From Oscillospiraceae bacterium (GTDB lineage: Bacteria; Bacillota; Clostridia; Oscillospirales; CAG-272), in the NCBI GenBank assembly GCA_015065065.1, contig SVQX01000005.1, forward strand, positions 4,349 to 68,348: DNA of 64,000 nucleotides, written 5' to 3'. Made by a program: the position numbers and the translations under genes. The notes below the pieces were generated by a model, which did not search any database, had not been told where the DNA came from, and saw nothing but the letters and a program-made list of their open reading frames with translations. Shown one piece after another: positions 44,094 through 53,442 of the stretch (its first letter is position 1; every line of letters starts with the position of its first letter).

Positions 44094-46249
44094 TACTCCA
44101 CGACCTCCTCACTTGGGGCATAGTATTCTTCAAGCACACGCGCCGCGGCAAGCGCTGCATAAGATCCGCCTCCGCACCGCTCGACCACCGAGCTTACAAC
44201 TATCTCGGGCGCTCGTGAGGGCGCAACGCAAACGAAAAGTCCGTTATCCGACTGATTTCCGCCAACCTGAGCAGTACCCGTTTTACCCGCCACGGTGACG
44301 GGAACATCCTGCATAAAGTAACCGACGGTATCCCCCTCTGACACCACTCTTTCCATTCCGCGAATTACGGTGGAAACGTGCTGCTCGGGCAATTCCATAG
44401 CGCTCATTATTTCCGCCTCGGGGGCATAGACCACTTCTCCGGTTGCAAAATCCACCACCTTAAGCAAAAGGTGCGTTCTGTATCTTGTTCCGTAATTGAC
44501 AACGGTGGAGATATATGAGCTTAGCTGGAGCGGCGTGAATGCGTTATCCGACTGACCGATAGCGGCAGCGATAGTATCGGTGGGTTGCCAATCTATGAGG
44601 TGATAGTCCTCGCGGTATGCAGGACCTGCAAGGCTTCCCACAGCCTCGGCAAGCTCTATTCCCGTACTCAGTCCGAGTCCGTAGCCATTGGAATAGCGGT
44701 TAAGAGAATGAATGCCCATAACTCTGCCCACCTCGTAGAAATAGCAGTTGCAGGACACCTCAAGTGCCTCCACTGCGTTAATAGGTCCGTGCATTTTTAT
44801 AGGGCTGGAGGTGCTGTTATACACCCAGCATTTCGGTTGATAGCTATCGTAATACCTATACACGCCCTCACAGTCGACAAGCGTTGACGCGCCGACTACT
44901 CCCTCGCACAGTGCGGCAAGTGCCACACCCGGCTTGAAGGTAGATCCCGGCGCATACGTCCCCTGAAGCGCTCGGTTGAGCAGTGGCAGTGCCTCGTCGG
45001 CGGCGAGAGTATTGTAATCCTCGCCAAGGGTGGTCAGATCAAAGCTGGGATAGGACGCAAGCACAAGCACCTCGCCGTTTGACGGATCTATCGCCGTCAA
45101 GGCACCCGCGCGGCTTTCCGTACCCGTGGAAAGACCGTTGACGTACGCAACATTATCCTTCAGTCCATCCTCAGCGGCTATCTGCAGGTCGATATCAATG
45201 GTGAGATACACATCCCGCCCTGCTATGGCTTCGGTCTTCATATACTCGTCCACCACGTTGCCGTTTTTATCCTCGACGATCACCTTGATACCGTCCGAGC
45301 CGCGCAGATATTCCTCAAACGCAAGCTCACAGCCCGAAATTCCGACCGTAGCGTTCATATTATAGCCTTGCGCCTTGTAGTATTCCCAATCCTCCGCGTA
45401 GATCGGTCCTGTCTGACCGAGAATGTGGGAGGCGTATCCCGGGTATTCATAAACGCGCGTCGCCGAAACGGAATACCAGACGCCGTCAAGTCCCCATTCC
45501 AGCACCGAGGTAATGGTATCCAGCGGGACGTTTTTGATAAACGTATAATCGTTGGCGCGTGAAAAGCCGGATATGACCATACTGTATCGGATCATGAGCA
45601 AAAGCTCCACCTCGTAATCCGAAAAGTACCGCGTGCCGCTATCGCCGTCGGAGAGCAAAAGCCCGTATTCCTCCGTCATATACCCCACCAAACCGTCTGC
45701 GCTGACGTATTTCAACGGATCGCGGTCAAACTCCTTAGCCGCCTCGTCACGGCTGTATCCGCTCTTGCGCAGCTTGGCAACAGCATCCGCTCGAAGTCCG
45801 CTCTCCTCTATAAAGTAGACGAGCGAGGCAAAGGTATTTCCCTCGGTATCGTATGCGCTCTCGGAGTATTCAAGATTCGGGTACTCGCCTACAAGAGGAT
45901 ATCTTTCCTCCGAAAATCCCGCATAGCCGCGAAAGGCTGTGAGCGCCTCCAGCACCCTTATAATAACGCCGTTGCGCTCGGATTCCTCCTTAGGAAAAAC
46001 GCTGTAATCGAGGGTTATATCGTAGGTATAGCTGTTAGATACCAGCACTCTGCCCTCTCTGTCGTATATCTGTCCGCGTTGCGCCTGAACGATAACTGAG
46101 CGTTGAGTCGTACCGTCGCTTTTATGACCTCCGATATTTTCGCCGCTCAGCTCAAGAGTGCCGAGACGTACTATGTAAACTATACAGCATATCGCGAAAA
46201 AAGCGCCAAGCGCCGCGATACGCGCCACTTTTTTGTTATGGATATACAC
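44093..46249 (-). CDS. Penicillin-binding protein 2-type transpeptidase
   Basis: N-terminal TM and PBP dimerisation domain. Motifs STFKP (SxxK), SCN (SxN) and KTGTA (KTG). Confidence 0.9.
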   Translation of the reverse strand: MYIHNKKVARIAALGAFFAICCIVYIVRLGTLELSGENIGGHKSDGTTQRSVIVQAQRGQIYDREGRVLVSNSYTYDITLDYSVFPKEESERNGVIIRVLEALTAFRGYAGFSEERYPLVGEYPNLEYSESAYDTEGNTFASLVYFIEESGLRADAVAKLRKSGYSRDEAAKEFDRDPLKYVSADGLVGYMTEEYGLLLSDGDSGTRYFSDYEVELLLMIRYSMVISGFSRANDYTFIKNVPLDTITSVLEWGLDGVWYSVSATRVYEYPGYASHILGQTGPIYAEDWEYYKAQGYNMNATVGISGCELAFEEYLRGSDGIKVIVEDKNGNVVDEYMKTEAIAGRDVYLTIDIDLQIAAEDGLKDNVAYVNGLSTGTESRAGALTAIDPSNGEVLVLASYPSFDLTTLGEDYNTLAADEALPLLNRALQGTYAPGSTFKPGVALAALCEGVVGASTLVDCEGVYRYYDSYQPKCWVYNSTSSPIKMHGPINAVEALEVSCNCYFYEVGRVMGIHSLNRYSNGYGLGLSTGIELAEAVGSLAGPAYREDYHLIDWQPTDTIAAAIGQSDNAFTPLQLSSYISTVVNYGTRYRTHLLLKVVDFATGEVVYAPEAEIMSAMELPEQHVSTVIRGMERVVSEGDTVGYFMQDVPVTVAGKTGTAQVGGNQSDNGLFVCVAPSRAPEIVVSSVVERCGGGSYAALAAARVLEEYYAPSEEVVE

Positions 46250-46287
46250 GTTGCGACACTCCTTTCGCGAAAAAATTTAAAGCTTCC

Positions 46288-47403
46288 TTACGCAGGCAAG
46301 AGATTCAGTGCAAACATCAACCCCATCACTATGATAGCAAGTATCATTCCACCGTTATTTATAACCAAGCTCGACAGCTTAGCTGTCACGAGCCGTACCC
46401 TACTCTTTGACAGCGCCAGCTTTCTGAAATGCAGTATAATTATCACCACTGCCGCAATTCCTGCCGCATAGGTAAGAAGGAGAGCAAATGCATAAAGCAG
46501 ATATCCCACGGGTGCCGCCGTTACCGACTCTACTATGGCGTTCAAGTCGCCCGAATTCAGCACCTCGAAATCCACGTGCGACGCCATGGCGGGGATAACA
46601 ATAGAGCCGATAAAGTTTACGAATGAGTGAATGGCGATGCTCCATCTGAGCTTACCCGTCAGCGTGTACGCATAAGCCGCTATAAATCCAATAAGCACTG
46701 CGTAAAAGAACTGATAAAAGTTCATGTGGAACAGACCGAAGGACAGCGCGGATATCACTATTGCCAATGCGTCGCCGTATCTGCGCGTTTTGTCGATAAG
46801 CAGCTTTCGGAATATCAGCTCCTCGCCGAAGGGCGCGATAATACAAGTCATGATAAGAGTAAACCACTGCGGCGTTGCGTCCACCATAGTTCCGAGTGCG
46901 GAGGAGTAATCGTAGCCCATAATGACCGACAGAATGGACATGACCGTCTCACCTATATAGCTACCGATATACATGACGCCCATTGAAGCCACCGCAAAAA
47001 GCAAAAGCTCCTTCACGCGAAAGCGCGGCTTGGATAGGACCGTGTCCTCCTCACCCAGCCTGCCCTTAACAAGGTAGGTGTCCGCGTGCGGCGCGGTTCT
47101 CACCTTATGCAAAGCGAGCATAAAAACGGGGAGTGCGAAAACGTAAAGCGGAACTATGGACAAGAGCCAATTCATCCACCATGCATCGATAGTGGCGGGA
47201 AAGAACAGGTATATGACTCCAACCATCACAGTCTGCGCCGCAAGCCGCACGAGTGCGAGCAGTGCGAGTGCTACCCCGACGGCTGAAAAATCCCTTTTTG
47301 CCTGACTGATATTTTCCTTTTCAAGCAAAACAAAGTCTATTGTGGGAGGTGTCATTCTTTCCTTCCCGTTATTTTGTGTAAAGCTCATATTTTCATCGCT
47401 CAT
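46288..47403 (-). CDS. CPBP-family intramembrane glutamic endopeptidase (Abi/CAAX protease-like)
   Basis: Polytopic, with FGEELIFRKLL and FGLFH motifs. Confidence 0.8.
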   Translation of the reverse strand: MSDENMSFTQNNGKERMTPPTIDFVLLEKENISQAKRDFSAVGVALALLALVRLAAQTVMVGVIYLFFPATIDAWWMNWLLSIVPLYVFALPVFMLALHKVRTAPHADTYLVKGRLGEEDTVLSKPRFRVKELLLFAVASMGVMYIGSYIGETVMSILSVIMGYDYSSALGTMVDATPQWFTLIMTCIIAPFGEELIFRKLLIDKTRRYGDALAIVISALSFGLFHMNFYQFFYAVLIGFIAAYAYTLTGKLRWSIAIHSFVNFIGSIVIPAMASHVDFEVLNSGDLNAIVESVTAAPVGYLLYAFALLLTYAAGIAAVVIIILHFRKLALSKSRVRLVTAKLSSLVINNGGMILAIIVMGLMFALNLLPA

Positions 47404-47417
47404 GAATTTGTCCTCGG

Positions 47418-48425
47418 TTATTTTATTTTGAACTGCGGCGAGTCGCCGTAAAGGTGCGGCTTAGCTATAAGCGTACCAAGTCCCGCAACCACGGTGTCAA
47501 GCGGATCCTTTGCCACCGTCACGCGAAGTCCCGTTTTCCTTGACAGCGCCTCGGGCAATCCCGGAAGCCGTGCGCTTCCGCCGCTCAGCATAAATCCGTA
47601 ATTATATATATCGCCGATAATTTCGGGCGGCGCGCCGTCAAAGGTACTCATAATCATTCGGGAGATTGCTTCTATACAAGGCACAAGCGCCTCACTGACA
47701 TGCGAGCTATGTACGTCAAGGCTGAGCGGCAGCTTGGTGCGGTCGTTCTGCCCGTGGACTGTCATGTAGCCTCTGTCAATAGAGGGCAACGCCGTTCCCA
47801 CGTTTATTTTCAGCTTATGCGCCGTGCGGTCGCCGATAAGTATTCCCATATTTTTTTTGAGATAATTGCTTATCGCCATATCGAATTTGTCACCCGCAAG
47901 CTTCATGGAGCGCGCTCGGATGATACCGCAGGAGCTGATTATAGCCGCCTCTGCTCTGCCTGCACCGATATTTACTATCATGCATCCTCTCGGACTGCTG
48001 ACGTGAAGTCCGGCACCTACCGCTGCCGCGTATATGGCGGGTATCTGTGCCACCGATCTTGCGCCCGCCTCCAGCACTGCATTCTCAACGGCAAGGCTTT
48101 CTACCTCATTGATGCTGTACGGAGCCGTAACTATCACCGCGGGGCGGTTGAACAGCGAGGACAGATGCTTATTGTAGAAAAACTCGTTTACCATTCCCGC
48201 CGCCGCCTGAAAATCGGCGACAGTGCCGTCCTTAACGGGGCTGTAAGCGAGGATATCCTCAGGTGTTTTGCCCAGCATCATCCGCGCCTTCTCACCCACC
48301 GCCACTATATCGTGAGTCTGACTGTCCATAGCAACAGCCGAGGGGCAACGCAGTATTATTCCTTTTCCGTCCAGCCAGATACGTGTGTATGCCGTACCCA
48401 GATCAAGTCCCACGACCCGTGCCAT
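47418..48425 (-). CDS. mreB: Rod-shape-determining actin homologue MreB/Mbl
   Basis: Start MARVVGLDLGTAYTRIW after GGGAGGA. Actin-fold motifs throughout. Confidence 0.9.
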   Translation of the reverse strand: MARVVGLDLGTAYTRIWLDGKGIILRCPSAVAMDSQTHDIVAVGEKARMMLGKTPEDILAYSPVKDGTVADFQAAAGMVNEFFYNKHLSSLFNRPAVIVTAPYSINEVESLAVENAVLEAGARSVAQIPAIYAAAVGAGLHVSSPRGCMIVNIGAGRAEAAIISSCGIIRARSMKLAGDKFDMAISNYLKKNMGILIGDRTAHKLKINVGTALPSIDRGYMTVHGQNDRTKLPLSLDVHSSHVSEALVPCIEAISRMIMSTFDGAPPEIIGDIYNYGFMLSGGSARLPGLPEALSRKTGLRVTVAKDPLDTVVAGLGTLIAKPHLYGDSPQFKIK

Positions 48426-48469
48426 AGACATTCCTCCCTTCAGCAAAAATCAAGTCAGTGCTTTCGGCG

Positions 48470-49066
48470 TCAAAGCTCGATACCGAACTCCCGTCTTACG
48501 AAATCAAAAATTTTATGCGCGGGCAGACCGACGACGTTGAAATAATCGCCCGTGATGCCCTCGATATATCTTGCGCCTCTCCCCTGTATGGCATAAGCTC
48601 CCGCCTTTCCGAAGGGCTCACCGCTACCTATGTAGCCGTCTATATCCGCATCTGTCATTTCCGCAAATCTGACAACGGTTTTTTCGTGTGACACCCTCAC
48701 ACGCCCGTCAAGGCAAGCGGCAAATCCCGTTACAACGAAATGCTCGCGTCCCGAAAGTCTGCGCAGCATACGCGCGGCGTCCTCGGCGTCTGCGGGCTTG
48801 CCCAAAAATTCACCGTTCGCTACCACAAGCGTATCTGCGGCGAGTATCATTGTGTTGCCGTCTATATTCTCCACTCCGCCAAGGGAGTCTGCCACGGCAA
48901 GACACTTGGCGCGTGCTATATTCTCAACGTGCGCACCTGCGTCGGTTGCGTCGGAGGACTCGTCGGCATCCGACACAAGCACTCGGAACTCCACGCCGAG
49001 CGAGGTAAGTATCTCGCTTCTTCGCGGTGATGCGGATGCGAGGATGAGGTCTATCTTTTTATTCAT
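48470..49066 (-). CDS. maf: Maf-family nucleoside-triphosphate pyrophosphatase
   Basis: LILASASPRRSEILTSLGV... and ...GKAGAYAIQG. Confidence 0.9.
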   Translation of the reverse strand: MNKKIDLILASASPRRSEILTSLGVEFRVLVSDADESSDATDAGAHVENIARAKCLAVADSLGGVENIDGNTMILAADTLVVANGEFLGKPADAEDAARMLRRLSGREHFVVTGFAACLDGRVRVSHEKTVVRFAEMTDADIDGYIGSGEPFGKAGAYAIQGRGARYIEGITGDYFNVVGLPAHKIFDFVRREFGIEL

Positions 49067-49246
49067 TTTTCGCCGCCTTTCGACAAAATACGTCCATCGT
49101 AAAACTCAAATTACATTATAACATATATTTTATAACATATCAATAGCCATTTTATAAATTTTGGGGCGCAGATTATTAAGTTTTCATTAAGAAGGCGCGA
49201 ACTTTTCGGAAATTTCAAGTTTTTGTGTCATATTTTTGCTTGTCGA

Positions 49247-49275
49247 TTGACAAACGGCGGCGGTTGTGGTAGAAT
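49247..49275 (+). promoter_or_regulatory. Sigma-A-type promoter of rarA
   Basis: TTGACA (49247-49252), 17 nt, TAGAAT (49270-49275), with an upstream TG extended -10. Confidence 0.55.
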
Positions 49276-49313
49276 GTAGAAAGAGCTTTCAAATTAGGAA
49301 AGGAGCGAGATCC

Positions 49314-50543
49314 ATGGTTCAATCCCCTCTTGCTGATGCGATAAGACCGTCTGATATTGACGGGATCGTAGGTCAGGAGCATTTATTCGGTCCGCGCGGA
49401 GTGCTACGCCGTATGCTGGCTGCGGGCAGAATTACCAATATGATTTTTTTCGGTCCTCCCGGCACGGGCAAGACTACTTCTGCGTCAATTATTGCTAAAA
49501 TGTCGGGGATGGAGTTTCACAAGCTCAACGCCACCACCGCCTCGCTGTCCGACGTCAAAAGCATACTTTCGGAAACGGGTGGGCTGTTCGGCTCAAACGG
49601 CATTCTATTGTATCTCGACGAAATACAATACTTCAACAAAAAGCAGCAGCAATCCCTGCTGGAATACATGGAGGACGGGCGCATAACGCTTATCGCGTCC
49701 ACCACCGAAAACCCGCATTTCTACGTTCACAACGCGATAATTTCACGTTCCTCCCTGTTTGAATTCAAGCCCGTTATGCCGCAGAGCATACTCCCCATGC
49801 TTTATCGCGCGCTTGACTATCTCAACACTACATACGCCTCGTCAGTCACGCTTGACGAGGATGTGGCTTTAAAGATCGCCGGCTTATCTGGCGGAGATGT
49901 TCGACGCGCTGTGGTGCTTCTTGAAAACACGTATTACGCAACGTCGGAGCAGACAAATTTTGCTATCACCAAGGAGTGCGTTTCCGACTTTGACAGCGGC
50001 GTCGCCAACTTCGACGACGACGTTCATTACGACCTTCTCGGCTGTCTGCAGAAGTCCATTCGCGGCTCTGATCCCGACGCGACTGCCTTTTACGTTGCAA
50101 AAATGCTGGAATGCGGCGAGATCATTTCTCTTTGCCGCCGGCTTCAGGTTATTGCCAGCGAGGATATCGGACTTGCCTACCCACAGGCGGCGGCTATCGT
50201 TCATTCGCTTTGTATGTCAGCGCGTGAGCTTGGGCTTCCCGAGGCGCGTATCCCCATCATCAACGCCGCGCTCCTGCTTGCTACCGCCCCTAAATCCAAT
50301 TCGGCGTATATGGCTCTTGCCGCCGCGTCCGAGGACGTCAAGGCGGGACTCGGCAAGGATATCCCCACTCACCTCAAAAGTCCCCTTTTCAAGGGCTACA
50401 TCTATCCCCACGACTACCCAAATCACTATGTAGAGCAACAGTATTTGCCGCATAGCCTCAAGGACAGAATATACTACGTCCCCGGCGAAAACAAAACTGA
50501 ACAAGCCGCCAAGGCGTATTGGGATAATGTTAAGAAAAAATGA
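49314..50543 (+). CDS. rarA: Replication-associated recombination protein A (AAA+ ATPase)
   Basis: Start MVQSPLADAIRPSDIDGIVGQEHL...FFGPPGTGKTT after AAAGGAG. Confidence 0.9.
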   Translation: MVQSPLADAIRPSDIDGIVGQEHLFGPRGVLRRMLAAGRITNMIFFGPPGTGKTTSASIIAKMSGMEFHKLNATTASLSDVKSILSETGGLFGSNGILLYLDEIQYFNKKQQQSLLEYMEDGRITLIASTTENPHFYVHNAIISRSSLFEFKPVMPQSILPMLYRALDYLNTTYASSVTLDEDVALKIAGLSGGDVRRAVVLLENTYYATSEQTNFAITKECVSDFDSGVANFDDDVHYDLLGCLQKSIRGSDPDATAFYVAKMLECGEIISLCRRLQVIASEDIGLAYPQAAAIVHSLCMSARELGLPEARIPIINAALLLATAPKSNSAYMALAAASEDVKAGLGKDIPTHLKSPLFKGYIYPHDYPNHYVEQQYLPHSLKDRIYYVPGENKTEQAAKAYWDNVKKK

Positions 50544-50544
50544 T

Positions 50545-50708
50545 ATATGCGGGACGCTGTCCCGCGCCCTGCAAGCCATTTCTTAAAAAAAAGGGCTTGA
50601 CCCCAAAGAACTTTCCTACAATTGTTTTGTTGTTCAGATTTATTTAGACGGTTACACCAAAAGCCATCTCTATAACCCCCGTGGGTCCCTTATCCACCGC
50701 GATATTTA
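50545..50708 (+). repeat. Dispersed ~160-nt intergenic repeat, copy 1
   Basis: Collinear with 55341-55500. Shared blocks: ATATGCGGGACnCTGTCCCGCGCCCTGCAA, AAAGGGyTTGAyCCCAAAGAACTT, CCATCTCTATAAyCCCCGTGGG, CGATATTTA. Confidence 0.8.
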
Positions 50709-50783
50709 ATTGAAAACGTACGCTTTTCATCATCAAAAACCACATAAATTTTCCATTTTTAATTTTCAACATTCAACTAAAAC

Positions 50784-50813
50784 CCCGTCGTGCGGTTAAT
50801 TCCGCACGGCGGG
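50784..50813. terminator. Bidirectional terminator (rarA side / DUF378 gene)
   Basis: 12-bp stem CCCGTCGTGCGG/CCGCACGGCGGG, flanked by AAAA and ATTTTT. Confidence 0.75.
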
Positions 50814-50824
50814 ATTTTTCTGTG

Positions 50825-51040
50825 TCAATCTTCGATTGAGTCAAATTCCTCTCTCGCGCGGAAAAGAAGCGAAATACACCAAATTCCCGCAAGAGCAACG
50901 ACCGTATAAATAATGCGCGCTGCAAGGCTGTCCATACCGCCGCAGATCCATGCGACAAGGTCAAACTGGAAAAGTCCTATGCTACCCCAGTTAAGCGCAC
51001 CGATTATAGAAATAATGAGCGCAATTCTGTCCATTATCAT
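50825..51040 (-). CDS. DUF378 small membrane protein
   Basis: IALIISIIGALNWGSIGLFQFDLVAWI... is characteristic of DUF378. Confidence 0.8.
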   Translation of the reverse strand: MIMDRIALIISIIGALNWGSIGLFQFDLVAWICGGMDSLAARIIYTVVALAGIWCISLLFRAREEFDSIED

Positions 51041-51249
51041 TTTCTTGTGTCCTTTCCGACGTCGAAATCTCGCCGCCTGTGACGGAGTTTGTTTTTCGCT
51101 ATACTCCGCTCACAGTTAGTTTGCCTTGTCTGTACCGTTTTATGTAGAGTTAAATTTTCACATTTGAGGCATTCGCCCAGCATAGCGTTTTTTTTGCAAA
51201 TTGCACCATATTTTTCGGCGACGTCGAAAACATTTTTTACATTTGTCTA

Positions 51250-51278
51250 TTGAATTGTATATAAATATGTGTTATAAT
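51250..51278 (+). promoter_or_regulatory. Sigma-A-type promoter of lysK
   Basis: TTGAAT (51250-51255), 17 nt, TATAAT (51273-51278). Confidence 0.5.
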
Positions 51279-51354
51279 AGTATGTTGTGTCGCAGACGCG
51301 ATTTTTATTTGTAAAAAAATTTGTACATAAAAATTCAGCTTTAAGGAGTAAGTT

Positions 51355-53406
51355 ATGCATTGGTCAGATGAAATTGCAGAGCAAATTATCAAGAAAAATC
51401 CCGACAAGGAGGAGTACGTTTGTGCGGCAGGTGTAAGCCCCTCCGGCTCTATCCATATCGGTAACTTCCGTGACGTTGCCACTCCCCTTTTCGTTGTTAA
51501 ATCCTTGCAGAAGCGCGGCAAGAAGGCTCGCCTGCTTATCTCTTGGGACGAGTTTGACCGTTGCCGTAAGATCCCCGCAAATGTTCAGGCGGTCGTTGGC
51601 GACAGCTACGACAAATACATCGGTTGTCCTTACGTTGACATGCCCGACCCTTGGGGCTGTCACAAGAACTACGCCGAGCATTTTGAGGAGGAATTCCTCA
51701 ACGGCATAGCTCCCTTCGGCATTAAGCTCGACTGCCGTCATCAGGCGGAAATGTACCGCTCGGGCAAATACACGGACAAGCTGATCACCGCTATCCAAAA
51801 GCGTGGGGAAATATTTGAGATACTTGACTCCTTCAAGACCAAGGATATGTCCAAATCCGAAGAGGAGCGACGCGCAGAGCATGATGCGGAGAAGGCTGTT
51901 TACTCCCCCGTCAGCATCTTCTGCCCTCAGTGTCACACCGACTTCACCACAATCACCTCCTTCTCCGAGGACGGAACGGAGGCGGACTATACCTGCCGTT
52001 GCGGTCACAAGGGACATTTCAATTTCCTTGAGAACTTCAACTGCAAGCTTGGCTGGAAGGTTGACTGGGCTATGCGTTGGGGATACGAGGGCGTTGACTT
52101 CGAGCCGGGCGGAAAGGATCACTCCGCTCCCACGGGCTCTTACAACAACTCCAAGCTTATCGCGAAAAAGATATTCGGTCACGACGCACCCATCTATCAG
52201 GGATACGAGTTTATCGGAATCAAGGGCATGACGGGCAAGATGTCCAGCTCCTCCGGACTTAACCTCACCCCCGAAACTCTGCTTAAGCTGTATCAGCCCG
52301 AGGTGCTTTTGTGGCTGTACGCAAAGACCGACCCCGTAAAGGCATTTGATATCTGCTTTGACGACGGAATCCTGCGTCAGTATTTTGAGTTTGACAAGAT
52401 GCTGACCGATGTGCGCGAGGGCAAGGCATCCGACCTTATTTGCGACATTATGGAGCTTTGCCACATTGAGGGCAACGAAATTGAGACCGTTCCCATGAGC
52501 CTGCTCGTTCAGCTCGGTTCCATAGTGAACTTCAACGTGCCCATGCTCGAAACCGTTTTCGAGAAGATCGGCACGCCCTACAAGGCAGAGCAGTTCGCAG
52601 ACCGTCTTGACAGAGCTAAATATTGGCTGGAGCAGTGCGCTCCCGACCAGGTGAACCGCCTGCGCCAGACTCGAAACTTTGAAGTATACGAAGTACTTTC
52701 CGACGATGAGAAGCGCGAGATCGCACTGCTCCACGAGTATCTTGCAAAGGGTGGCTACTCCCTTGACGAGCTGAACTCCGAGCTTTACGCCATCCCCAAG
52801 CGCGTATTTGGAGAGAACCTGCCCGACAAGGAGCTTAAGGGTCATCAAGGTGCGTTCTTCAAGAACGTATACCGTCTGCTCATTGACAAGGAAAGAGGTC
52901 CGCGTCTGTATCTGTTCCTGTACGCTATCGATCCCGAGCAGTACGTAGGACTGCTTGATTTCTCTTATGCGAGAACGGATGACGAGATCGCAGCTGACGA
53001 GGCGGCAGCGGCGGCGGCAGCTCCCGTGGTTGAGGAAAAGGTGTACGGCGAGCCCGATCCCGTCTCCCCCATCTCCACCGAGGAGGTAAGCATTGACGAG
53101 TTTGGCAGGATGGATTTGCGCGTTTGCAAGATAATCAAGTGCCAGGAGATCCGCAAATCGCACAACTGCTACAAGCTGACACTCAGCGACGGTATCGGCG
53201 AGCGAGTCATCGTTTCCAGCATCAAGCACGACTATACCCCCGACGAGCTTGTGGGTCGAAAGATAATCGTGCTTGCAAACCTTGCTCCCGCGCGTATTAC
53301 GGGCGTTACCAGCAACGGTATGCTGCTGGCGGCTACCAACAACGCTTGCGGCTGTCAGGTAATTTTCGTTGACGACATCGTTCCCGAGGGAACAAGACTT
53401 CACTAA
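51355..53406 (+). CDS. lysK: Class I lysine--tRNA ligase fused to a C-terminal Trbp111/EMAPII-like tRNA-binding domain
   Basis: SPSGSIHIGNFRDV (HIGH-type) and GKMSSSSG (KMSKS-type) match class I LysRS. A poly-Ala linker precedes the C-terminal MDLRVCKIIKCQEI...GRKIIVLANLAPARITGVTSNGMLLAA OB fold. Confidence 0.88.
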   Translation: MHWSDEIAEQIIKKNPDKEEYVCAAGVSPSGSIHIGNFRDVATPLFVVKSLQKRGKKARLLISWDEFDRCRKIPANVQAVVGDSYDKYIGCPYVDMPDPWGCHKNYAEHFEEEFLNGIAPFGIKLDCRHQAEMYRSGKYTDKLITAIQKRGEIFEILDSFKTKDMSKSEEERRAEHDAEKAVYSPVSIFCPQCHTDFTTITSFSEDGTEADYTCRCGHKGHFNFLENFNCKLGWKVDWAMRWGYEGVDFEPGGKDHSAPTGSYNNSKLIAKKIFGHDAPIYQGYEFIGIKGMTGKMSSSSGLNLTPETLLKLYQPEVLLWLYAKTDPVKAFDICFDDGILRQYFEFDKMLTDVREGKASDLICDIMELCHIEGNEIETVPMSLLVQLGSIVNFNVPMLETVFEKIGTPYKAEQFADRLDRAKYWLEQCAPDQVNRLRQTRNFEVYEVLSDDEKREIALLHEYLAKGGYSLDELNSELYAIPKRVFGENLPDKELKGHQGAFFKNVYRLLIDKERGPRLYLFLYAIDPEQYVGLLDFSYARTDDEIAADEAAAAAAAPVVEEKVYGEPDPVSPISTEEVSIDEFGRMDLRVCKIIKCQEIRKSHNCYKLTLSDGIGERVIVSSIKHDYTPDELVGRKIIVLANLAPARITGVTSNGMLLAATNNACGCQVIFVDDIVPEGTRLH

Positions 53407-53442
53407 ATCCACCTACCTCTACTACTGAAAGGACGTAAAACA

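Noticed and set aside
51364-53412. A 682-aa ORF antisense to lysK that spans the whole gene. Similar full-length or long antisense ORFs occur opposite proS (1956..3572), typA (54067..55278), the RCC1 gene (38747..39859), nrdD (20977..21918) and the capsid gene (60244..61434).
   Set aside because: For lysK and proS I checked that the antisense frame is codon-aligned with the sense frame. Antisense stops there can arise only from sense TTA, CTA or TCA codons, which these genes avoid completely. The translations are low-complexity, lack RBSs and match no family, whereas the sense proteins are unmistakable. They are shadow ORFs produced by codon bias. The coincidence with two aaRS genes is curious but not evidence of coding.
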